DNA from: a candidate division WOR-3 bacterium
GTDB taxonomy: Bacteria > Hydrothermota > Tepidihabitantia > B3-TA06
Direction of reading: 5' to 3'
DNA: 64,000 nt
Assembly: GCA_965649265.1 (NCBI GenBank)
Contig: CBFGKC010000008.1
Coordinates: forward strand, 1 to 64,000
Within the stretch, counting starts at the first letter, position 1, and every line of letters begins with the position of its first letter. Below are positions 1 to 9,306 of the stretch, piece by piece. Made by a program: the position numbers and the translations under genes. The notes under the pieces are model-generated. The model saw nothing but the letters and a program-made list of their open reading frames with translations. It searched no databases and was not told where the DNA came from.

Positions 1-824
1 TCTCAAAGCTAGTCAAGGCTTCACGCTACGACGCAGGTGAAGCTGGTTTCCTTAACGCATTCATGGACAAGGCGGAGTATCAAACGCTCTATGAATCCCT
101 CATTTCAGCGCAACAACATACGCTGCACGACTTCGAAAAACGGCATTTCTTCGAGGGATGCCTGCCTGTCGAGGAGATAGCGAGAAGAGGCGAGCGTTCA
201 CTCGCTTATGGACCTCTTCGACCGACAGGTTTCAGGGATTCATCAGGTCGTAGGCCGTTTGCCGTAGTGCAACTTCGACCTGAGGATGCCTTAAACTCAA
301 TGTATAATCTCGTGGGGTTCCAGACAAATCTCAAGAATTCCGAACAGGAGAGGGTATTCCGCATGATTCCCGGCCTTGAACATGCCGAGTTCGTACGCTA
401 CGGTCGTATGCACCGTAATACGTACATCGAGGCTCCTAAGCTTATCGAGCCCACACTCGCTTTTCGAAAACAACCTGAGCTCTTTATTTGCGGTCAGCTT
501 TCCGGAGCCGAGGGGTATCTGTCAGCGATCGCTACCGGCCTTGTAGCAGGGATCAATTCCTCAAGAGTCCTTGGAGGGGCCCCCCCCCTGGAATTTCCTA
601 AAGAAACCATGCTCGGTTCTATTCTTTGTTATCTTGCCGGCCAGGGGTCGTCTCTTCTGTCACGCGAACGCTTCACCCCCACAAAACCCATCTTTGGGAT
701 TCTTGCCCCCCTATCTTCACCACCCCGTTCTAACCAGGCTCGAAGGGACGCTTATGTAAAACGCAGCCTGGAAGCACTCAAGGAATTCGCGATATCTTCA
801 GATCTATCGTTACGTAAGGACTAG
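1..824 (+). CDS. trmFO: tRNA (uracil-54-C5)-methyltransferase TrmFO/Gid, 5' part outside window
   Basis: Motifs FFEGCLPVEEIARRG, AVVQLR, LVGFQTNLK, RYGRMHRNTY, GQLSGAEGY; N-terminal FAD motif missing, so gene is truncated by the window edge. Confidence 0.92.
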   Translation, partial: SKLVKASRYDAGEAGFLNAFMDKAEYQTLYESLISAQQHTLHDFEKRHFFEGCLPVEEIARRGERSLAYGPLRPTGFRDSSGRRPFAVVQLRPEDALNSMYNLVGFQTNLKNSEQERVFRMIPGLEHAEFVRYGRMHRNTYIEAPKLIEPTLAFRKQPELFICGQLSGAEGYLSAIATGLVAGINSSRVLGGAPPLEFPKETMLGSILCYLAGQGSSLLSRERFTPTKPIFGILAPLSSPPRSNQARRDAYVKRSLEALKEFAISSDLSLRKD

Positions 825-1171
825 TCTTCCTGAATTTTGGCGTCGACGATCATTTCCTCGACACGAAGCCTTGCTGCAGGCATCTGGGTAGTCTCGCGGA
901 ATTCCTTCTCAACTTCCTTTGAGAAAGCTTCGAGTTCCTCTGCCAACTCCCGGCAGCCGACAGCATCGGACTGGTTGCGCAGGGTCTTGAGCAGGGATTC
1001 GTAAGGCTTGTCGGACGTGTAACGCTCGAGAGTGTAGCGTGCTACGAAAGTCTGGCATTCAGGACAGCGAACGTATACCTTTACATGCTGACCTGGTTCC
1101 ACTCTTACGAGGTTCTCCATTCTGTTGGACTTACATTTGGGGCAGGTTTCCAGTTTTACCGATACGGACAT
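821..1171 (-). CDS. hypothetical protein with two CxxC motifs (zinc-ribbon-like)
   Basis: CPKC...CPEC; AAGGAGG RBS before ATG; follows DASS gene by 21 nt. Confidence 0.75.
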   Translation of the reverse strand: MSVSVKLETCPKCKSNRMENLVRVEPGQHVKVYVRCPECQTFVARYTLERYTSDKPYESLLKTLRNQSDAVGCRELAEELEAFSKEVEKEFRETTQMPAARLRVEEMIVDAKIQED

Positions 1172-1192
1172 AATACCTCCTTACATGGAGGG

Positions 1193-2551
1193 TCATTTAG
1201 GGGTTAGACCCAAGATGGGCCATATTAATACTCCGAAAACAAAAATCAGCACCGCCGCAATTACGGCAACAATTGCTCCAATTCGAATCATGTCCTTTAC
1301 CTTGAGGAGTCCCGAATTGAATGCTATTGCGTTCGGGGGGGTGGAGATAGGCAAAAGCATTGAAGCAGACGCCCCTATCGCCGTGCCAATTATCAAGGAA
1401 CCGCTCTGCGCCCCGAATCCGAGTGTCAAAGGAATTATCAGCGCGGCGGCCGAGGTGTTCGAAATGAAATTTGTAAGAACAATCGCTATAAGCACGAATC
1501 CTGCGAATACTGCGAGGGGAGGGAGGTTCTGCATTCCGAGAGAATTAACGAACCATTTGTCTAGTCCTGAAACCGATACGGCCTTACCTAGGGATAGTCC
1601 GCCGCCCATGAGTATGAGCACGTCCCATCCCAGAGTTGCAAAATCTTTACGCCGCAGAATCCCCAAGGGGAAAAACACTAGTGCCGGAAGGAGTGCCACA
1701 ATGGCATCAGGAATCTTGTGCAAAGGTTCAGTGAACCATCCGACGATGGTCGCCAGCATTGTCGCCACTACTGCCCAGTCTCTCCAGCCCATCTTGCGTT
1801 CCGTCTCCAGTTTGAAATCTACCTGTTTGGCCTTGGGAGGAAAGAGGAGAACCAGAAAGAGCCATGTCAGAACAAGGAGTATTACCACTAGGGGAACAGC
1901 CAGGGCCATCCATTCAAGGAAATTCACGTTCATTCCGTGCTGCTTGAGAGCGGCAATAGCTATGGCGTTGGGTGGTGTGCCTATCGGCGTGCCGATTCCG
2001 CCTATATTAGCCCCGAAGGGGATCCCTATAAGAATCGCGATTCTCAATGGATCGTCCGGGTCAATTGCCTTTACCAGAGGCAAGGCGACAGCTATCATAA
2101 TCGCCGTCGCCGCCGTATTGGACATCCACATCGAAATCAGTGCCGTTACGCCCATGAAGCCTGCAACAATTGCCTTTGGGTTCTTTCCGACACGTTTCAG
2201 GATCGCCGATGCTATGAGCGAATCGAGACCGAAACGTTCAAGTCCTGCTGCCAGTATGAAACCTCCGAGGAACAAGAGAATGGTCGGGGAAAAGAAGGGA
2301 GAGAGGAAGGTCGCATAACCTTCCTTGAGAGTCGGAAGCTTAGGTGTCAAAAAAACGGCGAGGGCTGCTACAATCACAAAAGAAGTAACATGGAGGGGAA
2401 TAGCCTCCGTTACCCAGAGAACCAGAGCAAGGGCAAAGACCGCGAGGCAAACTTTTGCTGGTTGCTCTATTCCCGGTATGGGCGCGAACATTGTTCCAAC
2501 GAATAAGGCTACCGCGAGAGCGGCAAAGATTATTCTGGTGCTTTTTTTCAT
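1193..2551 (-). CDS. DASS/SLC13 family divalent anion:sodium symporter
   Basis: Many TM helices; SMWMSNTA, GTPPNAI, SNTSAA and STPPNAI motifs. Confidence 0.92.
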   Translation of the reverse strand: MKKSTRIIFAALAVALFVGTMFAPIPGIEQPAKVCLAVFALALVLWVTEAIPLHVTSFVIVAALAVFLTPKLPTLKEGYATFLSPFFSPTILLFLGGFILAAGLERFGLDSLIASAILKRVGKNPKAIVAGFMGVTALISMWMSNTAATAIMIAVALPLVKAIDPDDPLRIAILIGIPFGANIGGIGTPIGTPPNAIAIAALKQHGMNVNFLEWMALAVPLVVILLVLTWLFLVLLFPPKAKQVDFKLETERKMGWRDWAVVATMLATIVGWFTEPLHKIPDAIVALLPALVFFPLGILRRKDFATLGWDVLILMGGGLSLGKAVSVSGLDKWFVNSLGMQNLPPLAVFAGFVLIAIVLTNFISNTSAAALIIPLTLGFGAQSGSLIIGTAIGASASMLLPISTPPNAIAFNSGLLKVKDMIRIGAIVAVIAAVLIFVFGVLIWPILGLTPK

Positions 2552-2552
2552 C

Positions 2553-3803
2553 TTACTTGCTTACTATTCTGAATATGTCATTAAAAAGGGAGAGACCAAG
2601 AAGGGCGATCACTAGAATCAACCCGATATTAGAGGCGATAGTCCAGACCTTCTTGCCGAAACGCCGACGGGAGATCTTTTCTATAAGGAAGAATATAATC
2701 CTTCCACCGTCCATCAAAGGGATAGGCACAAGGTTAATTACGGCAAGGCTTATTGAAAGAAGGGCAATAAGTCCAAGTAGACTCTCGAAGCCCATTCTTC
2801 GAGTCTGGGCTGATAGTTGTGCAATGAGTATGGGCCCGCCGAGGTTCCTTACGGATTCTTTACCGATTATCAGTTTTACGATAACGGCGCATGTCTGGGC
2901 GGTAACTACGGCAGTTCTCTGTACGGGCAGCCAAAATACTTCCCCGAAGGTCAAGGGTCTCGTGGGGATATAGACAAGAACACCGATACCTCTTGAAGAG
3001 GTCAATTTGGAGTATTCAGGCTTTATTTTTGCTCTCAAGGTATCACCTTTATGCAGCCAGGCGAACTCAAGAGCCTTAGAAGAATCAGCGGACTTGATTA
3101 TTCCCACGAGTTGTGACCATGTTCTTATGCGAGTGGAATCAATCGATACTACACGATCCCCGGATTTTATCCCGGCACGGTCCGCCGGGGTTTTTGTTAG
3201 TACATGTCCGACGACAGGCGCAAGCATTGGTTCGATTTTAAGCGAATCGCTTTTGGGTAAATTCAACGTATATTCTGTTCCATTGCGAAAAACGGATACA
3301 TTATTTTTATCCCCTTTTTCGATTTTTTCCGCAAATTCGAGGTAGTCCTTTACTTTAGTCCCGTTTACGCTCGTAACGCTGTCGCCAGGCACGAATCCCG
3401 CATTCGTCATCGGCGAATCTTTGGGAAAATCTAAAATTGCATGAGGTGATTCCATTCCCCACCCCAGGCCGATGATGAAATAAAGAACCAGGGACAGGGC
3501 AAGATTTGCGATGATTCCAGCAGCCGTCGTTATGGCCTTGCGCCCGAACGGGAATGAGAAGAATCCTTCCGGGTCATCAAAATCTTCCCCTTTGAACTTG
3601 TTGTAGCCGCCGAGCGGGATTGCCGAAAGTTGATATTCTGTTTCACCTCTCTTCCACTTGACTATCGCCGGTCCGAATCCAATAGAAAACTTCTCAACAG
3701 GTATCTTGGACCATTTTGCTGCCAGGAGGTGGCCAAATTCATGGAAACCGATAAGTATTACAAAGACTAAAATGACGACAAGGATGTCAAGTGAAAACTG
3801 CAT
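2553..3803 (-). CDS. rseP: RIP metalloprotease RseP with PDZ domains
   Basis: HEFGH, FSIGFGP, IPLGGY, NLVPIPLMDGG; directly follows dxr. Confidence 0.93.
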   Translation of the reverse strand: MQFSLDILVVILVFVILIGFHEFGHLLAAKWSKIPVEKFSIGFGPAIVKWKRGETEYQLSAIPLGGYNKFKGEDFDDPEGFFSFPFGRKAITTAAGIIANLALSLVLYFIIGLGWGMESPHAILDFPKDSPMTNAGFVPGDSVTSVNGTKVKDYLEFAEKIEKGDKNNVSVFRNGTEYTLNLPKSDSLKIEPMLAPVVGHVLTKTPADRAGIKSGDRVVSIDSTRIRTWSQLVGIIKSADSSKALEFAWLHKGDTLRAKIKPEYSKLTSSRGIGVLVYIPTRPLTFGEVFWLPVQRTAVVTAQTCAVIVKLIIGKESVRNLGGPILIAQLSAQTRRMGFESLLGLIALLSISLAVINLVPIPLMDGGRIIFFLIEKISRRRFGKKVWTIASNIGLILVIALLGLSLFNDIFRIVSK

Positions 3804-4930
3804 CAGACTCCTTCATTTACAAATTCTCTTGCGAGATGTTGAGCTGTGCGGACTTCGTCTATTGAAGGATCCGCTATGTACTCGTGATTCCTCAGTGCGG
3901 AATCGATAATACTTGGGATTTTATGAAAATCAAGCCTTCCGTCAAGGAATTTTTTCACAACCTCGTGATCAGCCGCTTCGAGGACGGCAGGGGCCGTTCC
4001 CCCAATCTCCATGGATTTATAAGCCAGTTCAAGGCACGGAAAACGCTCATAATCTGGTTCACCGAATTCAAGAGAACCTATTTTCTTCAGATCGAGCTCA
4101 GGTACTATCCCGGGTCCCCTTTCGGGATAACAGAGGGCATACTCAATGGGGAGTCGCATATCCGGCATAGAAAGTTGTGCCATTACTGAACCGTCCTGGA
4201 ACTCCACCATAGAATGCACTATGGACTGCGGGTGAATGACGACTTTAATCCTTTCCGGCTCTATTCCGAAAAGATGGTGAGCCTCAATGACTTCGAATCC
4301 CTTGTTCATAAGTGTCGCCGAGTCAACCGTGACCCTTTCGCCCATATTCCATGTCGGATGGTCAAGCACATCCTTTCTGGTGGCTCCCATGTAGTCTTTT
4401 GTTCTGAACGGCCCGCCCGATGCCGTCAGTATCAATTTTTTTACCGTCGATCTCTCCCGCCCTTCGAGACACTGGTGAAGGGCGTTGTGCTCAGAATCTA
4501 CAGGCAGGAGCTCCCCTCTTCCTTGTACGAGAGCGTCGTTCACGAACTTCCCGAAGCTGACAAGAATTTCCTTTGAAGCCAGTGCTACCCTCTTGCCGAG
4601 CCTCAAAGCGGCTATTACCGCATCGACGGCGGCGGTGCCCGTCATGGCGACAACAACCACGTCCACATCATGATTTTGCGCGAGTTTGACAAGATTATCG
4701 GGACCGCAGGTCACATTTGTCTTGGAAGAGGAACAAAGCAAGGTACATTGTTCTTCATCGAAGACAACGGCTTGCGATGGGTCAAATTTCGATATCTGCC
4801 TGGAAAGAAGTTCAATGTTGCGGTTTGCCGCAAGGGCTGCAACCTTGAAATCCTTATCCAGCTTTTCAATAACTTCAAGCGTAAGCCTGCCGATTGTTCC
4901 TGTTGAACCGAGAATTGCGACTTTTTTCAC
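3803..4930 (-). CDS. dxr: 1-deoxy-D-xylulose 5-phosphate reductoisomerase
   Basis: ILGSTGTIG, LPVDSEH, TASGGPF, HPTWNMG, DSATLMNKGFE; likely start is GTG at 4930, just after the ispD stop. Confidence 0.96.
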   Translation of the reverse strand: MKKVAILGSTGTIGRLTLEVIEKLDKDFKVAALAANRNIELLSRQISKFDPSQAVVFDEEQCTLLCSSSKTNVTCGPDNLVKLAQNHDVDVVVVAMTGTAAVDAVIAALRLGKRVALASKEILVSFGKFVNDALVQGRGELLPVDSEHNALHQCLEGRERSTVKKLILTASGGPFRTKDYMGATRKDVLDHPTWNMGERVTVDSATLMNKGFEVIEAHHLFGIEPERIKVVIHPQSIVHSMVEFQDGSVMAQLSMPDMRLPIEYALCYPERGPGIVPELDLKKIGSLEFGEPDYERFPCLELAYKSMEIGGTAPAVLEAADHEVVKKFLDGRLDFHKIPSIIDSALRNHEYIADPSIDEVRTAQHLAREFVNEGV

Positions 4931-4940
4931 GTTTAAGGTT

Positions 4941-5618
4941 TCAGGGGCAGGACCCTGCCTTGATGAGTTCCTCAGCGAGTTCAAGATCACGCCGGAACGT
5001 TACCTTGAAGTTTTCTTCTCGTCCCTGAAGTATATGTACTTTATCACCCAGCAGTTCGACGTAGCTTGCCTCGTCAGTACCTTTGAAGCCCTCCGATTCC
5101 GCTTTTTTGAGCGCTTTGCGAAGCGTTCCCAGCTCAAAGAACTGCGGTGTCTGAGCCCTGTATATGCTCTCCCTCGGAAGCGTTTGAACTATAACTCGAT
5201 CGTGAATCTTCTTTAACGAATCCGTCGAAGGTATGGCGTATATTACCGAGCCTTTAGATTCGAGAAACTCAAAACCCTTCGTTATATCCTGGTCCCTCAC
5301 AAAGGGTCTCGCAGCGTCATGGACCGCAACAAGACCGTCTTCCGGAAGAACCTTGAGGCCGGCTTTAAGGGAATCGACCCTTTCTGCGCCTCCGGGGACG
5401 ACTGCCTCAATCTTCTCGATGCCTCGTTCCCTGATTTGGCTCTCAAAAAAATCGACACTCCCCTCGTCAGTTACCATCACAATCAGGTCAACGGCCGGTG
5501 ACTGTTCGAAAGCAAGTAAGCTCCACAAGGCAAGAGGATGCCCCCCAAGGAGAACCTTCTGCTTTGGTGTCCCGAAGCGTTCCCCCCGTCCCGCGGCAAG
5601 TATGAGGCCAAACCTCAC
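4941..5618 (-). CDS. ispD: 2-C-methyl-D-erythritol 4-phosphate cytidylyltransferase
   Basis: LAAGRGERFG..PKQ, GGAER, VHDAARP, QTPQFF, TDEAS, KVT. Confidence 0.95.
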   Translation of the reverse strand: MRFGLILAAGRGERFGTPKQKVLLGGHPLALWSLLAFEQSPAVDLIVMVTDEGSVDFFESQIRERGIEKIEAVVPGGAERVDSLKAGLKVLPEDGLVAVHDAARPFVRDQDITKGFEFLESKGSVIYAIPSTDSLKKIHDRVIVQTLPRESIYRAQTPQFFELGTLRKALKKAESEGFKGTDEASYVELLGDKVHILQGREENFKVTFRRDLELAEELIKAGSCP

Positions 5619-5694
5619 AGCGTGTTCCTTTTTTGGTTAGCGCAACAAAGATTGCATACGGATACAGTGAACCGGAGGATAATATTATTAAATT

Positions 5695-6585
5695 TCACGC
5701 TTCTTTCTCCGCTCCACGAGCAACGGGTTTTTCCTTTCCGCGCATCTTGTAAACGGAGACGAAATCGATGAGCTCGCAGCGCGTGCATTCCAGGCACCTT
5801 ATGCATGCCGTGCTCTGTGGGTTCTTGTAGGGCTTTATCTCCATTGGACATACTCTTTCACACATATTACACTTGTTGCAATTTGCTTTGTCTACCCTCA
5901 GTCTCATGAGGCTTACCGGATTCCCGAGAGAGAATATTGCACCCAGCGCGCATATCCTGCAGAAGGGCCTTTTGGAAAAAATCGATAAAACCAGAGTAAC
6001 CGCCAGTATTCCGAGTTTTGTAATGAAAAGCCAGCCAAGAAGCCTGGGCAACTGGTCGTCGAGCAAAATCTGCGGAATTCCGGCTCCAAAGGCACCGGCA
6101 GGGCATAGCTTGCAGAACCACGTCTCACCCGTAAGAAATACGACGATCCCTGCAACTATCACGAGAAAACCGTATTTCAGGCAGTGAGTCCAGTATGGAA
6201 GTTTGAGCTTGAAGGTCCGAATCTTATACAAAAGGTCCTGCAGCCATCCGAAGGGGCAAAGCCAGCCGCAAGGCATTCTTCCTACAATCGCGGAAATCGC
6301 AAGCATGGAGCCTGCGGCGAACCAGGGAACCTGTTTCATTGCGATGAAATGCTGGATAGAACCCATGGGGCAGGCTCCTCCAGCCGTAGGGCAGGAGTAA
6401 CAGTTTAAACCGGGCGCACAAACGTTCTTGGTTGTCAAATCCACCAAATTGTTGCTGGCAGTGACAAGGTTCGCCATGGCCTTGCTCTGGGTCAGCCCTA
6501 GTTTGTCGAAAATTCTTCCGATAAATCCCGGGAAATTGTAGTTTATCACGAGCCACGAGATGAATTGGACTACGAATCGCCTCAT
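5695..6585 (-). CDS. membrane 4Fe-4S binding protein (NapH/MauN-like polyferredoxin)
   Basis: CAPGLNCYSCP, CGWLCPFG, WFCKLCP, CNKCNMCERVCP, CIRCLEC plus TM helices. Confidence 0.88.
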   Translation of the reverse strand: MRRFVVQFISWLVINYNFPGFIGRIFDKLGLTQSKAMANLVTASNNLVDLTTKNVCAPGLNCYSCPTAGGACPMGSIQHFIAMKQVPWFAAGSMLAISAIVGRMPCGWLCPFGWLQDLLYKIRTFKLKLPYWTHCLKYGFLVIVAGIVVFLTGETWFCKLCPAGAFGAGIPQILLDDQLPRLLGWLFITKLGILAVTLVLSIFSKRPFCRICALGAIFSLGNPVSLMRLRVDKANCNKCNMCERVCPMEIKPYKNPQSTACIRCLECTRCELIDFVSVYKMRGKEKPVARGAEKEA

Positions 6586-6601
6586 GTTAATAACTTCCCT
6601 G

Positions 6602-6745
6602 TTATCCTATGCCTATGCAAGACAGACACAAAGTTACCGCGTTACGGATTATTTCATCCAGGTCCCCCTGGGTAATACCCCAGATACATCCACCCACAAG
6701 CAATACGAATATAGGTATCCAAAGCCAGCGCAATAACTTTCGCAT
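6602..6745 (-). CDS. 47-aa membrane CxxC peptide (CD1871A-like); absent from ORF track
   Basis: Translates MRKLLRWLWIPIFVLLVGGCIWGITQGDLDEIIRNAVTLCLSCIGIG*; C-terminal CLSCIGIG; directly upstream of the 4Fe-4S protein. Confidence 0.85.
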   Translation of the reverse strand: MRKLLRWLWIPIFVLLVGGCIWGITQGDLDEIIRNAVTLCLSCIGIG

Positions 6746-6750
6746 TCCCA

Positions 6751-6778
6751 AGCTTACGGATAAGGAGGAAGTTGTCAA
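6751..6778 (-). promoter_or_regulatory. sigma70-like promoter, apparently leaderless
   Basis: TTGACA-N16-TAAGCT-N5-ATG. Confidence 0.6.
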
Positions 6779-6798
6779 GAATGGATATCTTCCATCGG

Positions 6799-8067
6799 CT
6801 ACTTTGAAAGTTCCTTGTTTAGAAAAGGTTTCAATCTCCCCGGAGAAACCTTCTCCACTCGAACCTTGTCCAGACCGTTGAACCTGGCAAGGGCCTTGAC
6901 GGCAGTGGCGAGTTCAGGCAGCAGAGCGTCAAATTCATTGAATTCTTTTTCGAATAAGACGTTACGGATGGTCAATACACCCTCTTTCCTTTCAGCCTTC
7001 GGATCAAGTTTTCCTACTAACTCTTCGCCCCAAAGAATCGGAAGCATAAAGTAACCGTTTTTGCGCTTATCCTTCGGTACGTAGCATTCCAGTTGATAAT
7101 CGAATCCAAAGAGCCTCTTTACCCTTTCTCTCTGAATCACAAGATTGTCAAATGGCGAGAGAAGATACGCTCTTCCCCCTCCCCGAGTTTTCTCTTCCTT
7201 GCCAGTCAGTACTTTTTCCATACTTTCATTTAATGAGTAATACTTTTTATCACCCAATCCCTCCACTTTGACCTCAACAACTTCGTCTGAGTCCAGGAGT
7301 TCCATTATTGCCTTCTCTATTCCCTTCTGATCTGTAAGATGTATGTGGTCGCGTATCTCCTTTGCCGTCGCCAGTCCACCGGCCTTTAATGCCCTGGTTG
7401 CGAGAAAGCGACCTATTTCATCCTTGTCGGGAATCCTCGTATCTACCCATGAGGGGAGAACCCTTTCCGTTAAGTCGTATATCCTTTGAAAGTTGCGCCT
7501 CTCGGTGACCATCAAATCGCCCTTCCAGAAGAGCATCTCCAAAGCGGCCTTTGCCGGCTTCCAGTCCCACCATGTTCCTCTCTTATCGCCCTTGGGATTC
7601 TCGAAATCCGCCGAACCCATGGGACCCTCCTTGCGAATTCTATCCATAACTTGTTTCATCACCGTCCTGTATTTGTCGAATAACTCTTTCGTCCAGTAAT
7701 TCCACCCTTGTGGGAAAGACTTCATCCGTTCCAGATAGTAGCGGTAATCCTTCATGGGCAGGTATGATGCGGCATGTCCCCAGTATTCGAAAATGGTTCT
7801 GTCCATTGCCTGAAGTTCATGGAGCATAGCCGAGTTATAGTCAGGAACCCTTGTCCATATCACGTGGTGGTGGGCTCGTTCAATGACAGAAATGGTATCG
7901 ATCTGTACATAGCCCAGATGCTCGACAATAGAAACCACCCCCTCCTTACCTGATGGTGGGGCGGCCCTTTCGCCGAGCAACTGGCATTCAACGCAAAGAC
8001 GCCTTGCCTGACCTGACGAAAGTGTTGTTGGATTTTCGGTGTCCAATATTCTTTTTGCCGTCATCAT
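6799..8067 (-). CDS. YcaQ/AlkZ family winged-helix DNA glycosylase (crosslink repair)
   Basis: LGYVQIDTISVIERAHH (QxD), FEYWGHAAS, LLSPFDNL, YQLECYVP; start at ATG 8067 or 8064. Confidence 0.88.
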   Translation of the reverse strand: MMTAKRILDTENPTTLSSGQARRLCVECQLLGERAAPPSGKEGVVSIVEHLGYVQIDTISVIERAHHHVIWTRVPDYNSAMLHELQAMDRTIFEYWGHAASYLPMKDYRYYLERMKSFPQGWNYWTKELFDKYRTVMKQVMDRIRKEGPMGSADFENPKGDKRGTWWDWKPAKAALEMLFWKGDLMVTERRNFQRIYDLTERVLPSWVDTRIPDKDEIGRFLATRALKAGGLATAKEIRDHIHLTDQKGIEKAIMELLDSDEVVEVKVEGLGDKKYYSLNESMEKVLTGKEEKTRGGGRAYLLSPFDNLVIQRERVKRLFGFDYQLECYVPKDKRKNGYFMLPILWGEELVGKLDPKAERKEGVLTIRNVLFEKEFNEFDALLPELATAVKALARFNGLDKVRVEKVSPGRLKPFLNKELSK

Positions 8068-8240
8068 CTTGAAGTTACGCACTTGAAAAAGAAAGTCAAC
8101 GGTTCGTTCCCCCTTGTTTCGTTTCTATTTGAGCATTTGCACGATGCCGAGTTTAGATGATAACTCATTCAATGCTTGTAAGTTGACACTTCCAAAACTA
8201 TCGGTATCATTAATGATAAACCAAGCAAGGAGGTTTTCAA

Positions 8241-9296
8241 ATGAAGATTTTTATCAGGAATTCAGTGTTTTTTCTAGCGGTCTTATCCGTAGTCTCATGC
8301 TCACCGAAACTTGTAAGGGAAGGTGACAAAGCACTCGAAGAAGGTGATTACTCCAAAGCAATTGAATCATATAAACAATATACGGACAAACATCCTCAAA
8401 AGGCAGAGCCATTCAACCGTTTGGGGCTTTCCTATGACGGTCAAAGACTCTATGAAGAAGCAGCATTAGCCTTTACTAAGGCAATAGAAATAGAGTCCCG
8501 AAACGCCGCATACTACTATAACAGGGCTAATACTTACATTCACATGAAGGCTTATGACCAGGCCAGACTTGATCTTGAGCAGTCAGTCCGACTCGATACC
8601 ACCAAGGCTGACTATCTGAATGCCCTGGGAAACATATACTTCAATAAAGAAAACTACCAGCAGGCGCGGTTGATATACGAAAAGGTCATAAAGCTTGATT
8701 CGCTGGATTCTGCAGTTTATCTGAATCTTGCTCTCTGTGCCGAAAAGGGAGGTAATACCGACGAAGCTTTAAAGTTTTACGATAAAGCCTTGTCGATAGA
8801 CTCGTCTTCAGCTCTTGCCTACAACAACAGGGGTTATCTTTACGCCGAATCAGGAAGATTTGAAGATGCGGTGGCGGATTACTCGCGTGCAATATCACTT
8901 AAACCCGATTATGCCCTGGCTTACAATAATCGCGGCACTGCCTATTACAGGATGAGCGATTTTGTCCGTGCCGAAGCCGATTATTCGAAAGCCCTGCTTA
9001 TCGACCCCATGCTTACCAGGGCGTATCTGAACAGGGGCAGGGTGTATCTCGACGAGAAGGAATACACATTTGCACTTGAGGATTACAAAAAGGCGCTTGA
9101 ACTTGAACCGACCAGTGATCTTGCCAGGACCAGAATTGCCGAGGTTTACCTTAATCGCGGCAAACAACGTCTCGAAGACGGGCAGAAAGATGCTGCAAAA
9201 GCTGATTTCGAGGAGGTAATCAAGATCGATCCAAAGGGGCCCTTTGCATCCGCCGCAGAGAATTATCTGCAAACAATGAAACCCGTAGACCAGTAG
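8241..9296 (+). CDS. TPR-repeat lipoprotein
   Basis: Lipobox-like VVSC; repeated AYNNRG TPR motifs; AGGAGG RBS. Confidence 0.88.
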   Translation: MKIFIRNSVFFLAVLSVVSCSPKLVREGDKALEEGDYSKAIESYKQYTDKHPQKAEPFNRLGLSYDGQRLYEEAALAFTKAIEIESRNAAYYYNRANTYIHMKAYDQARLDLEQSVRLDTTKADYLNALGNIYFNKENYQQARLIYEKVIKLDSLDSAVYLNLALCAEKGGNTDEALKFYDKALSIDSSSALAYNNRGYLYAESGRFEDAVADYSRAISLKPDYALAYNNRGTAYYRMSDFVRAEADYSKALLIDPMLTRAYLNRGRVYLDEKEYTFALEDYKKALELEPTSDLARTRIAEVYLNRGKQRLEDGQKDAAKADFEEVIKIDPKGPFASAAENYLQTMKPVDQ

Positions 9297-9306
9297 AGGT
9301 CCTTTT

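Noticed and set aside
1125-2318. 397-aa plus-strand ORF
   Set aside because: Antisense shadow of the DASS transporter
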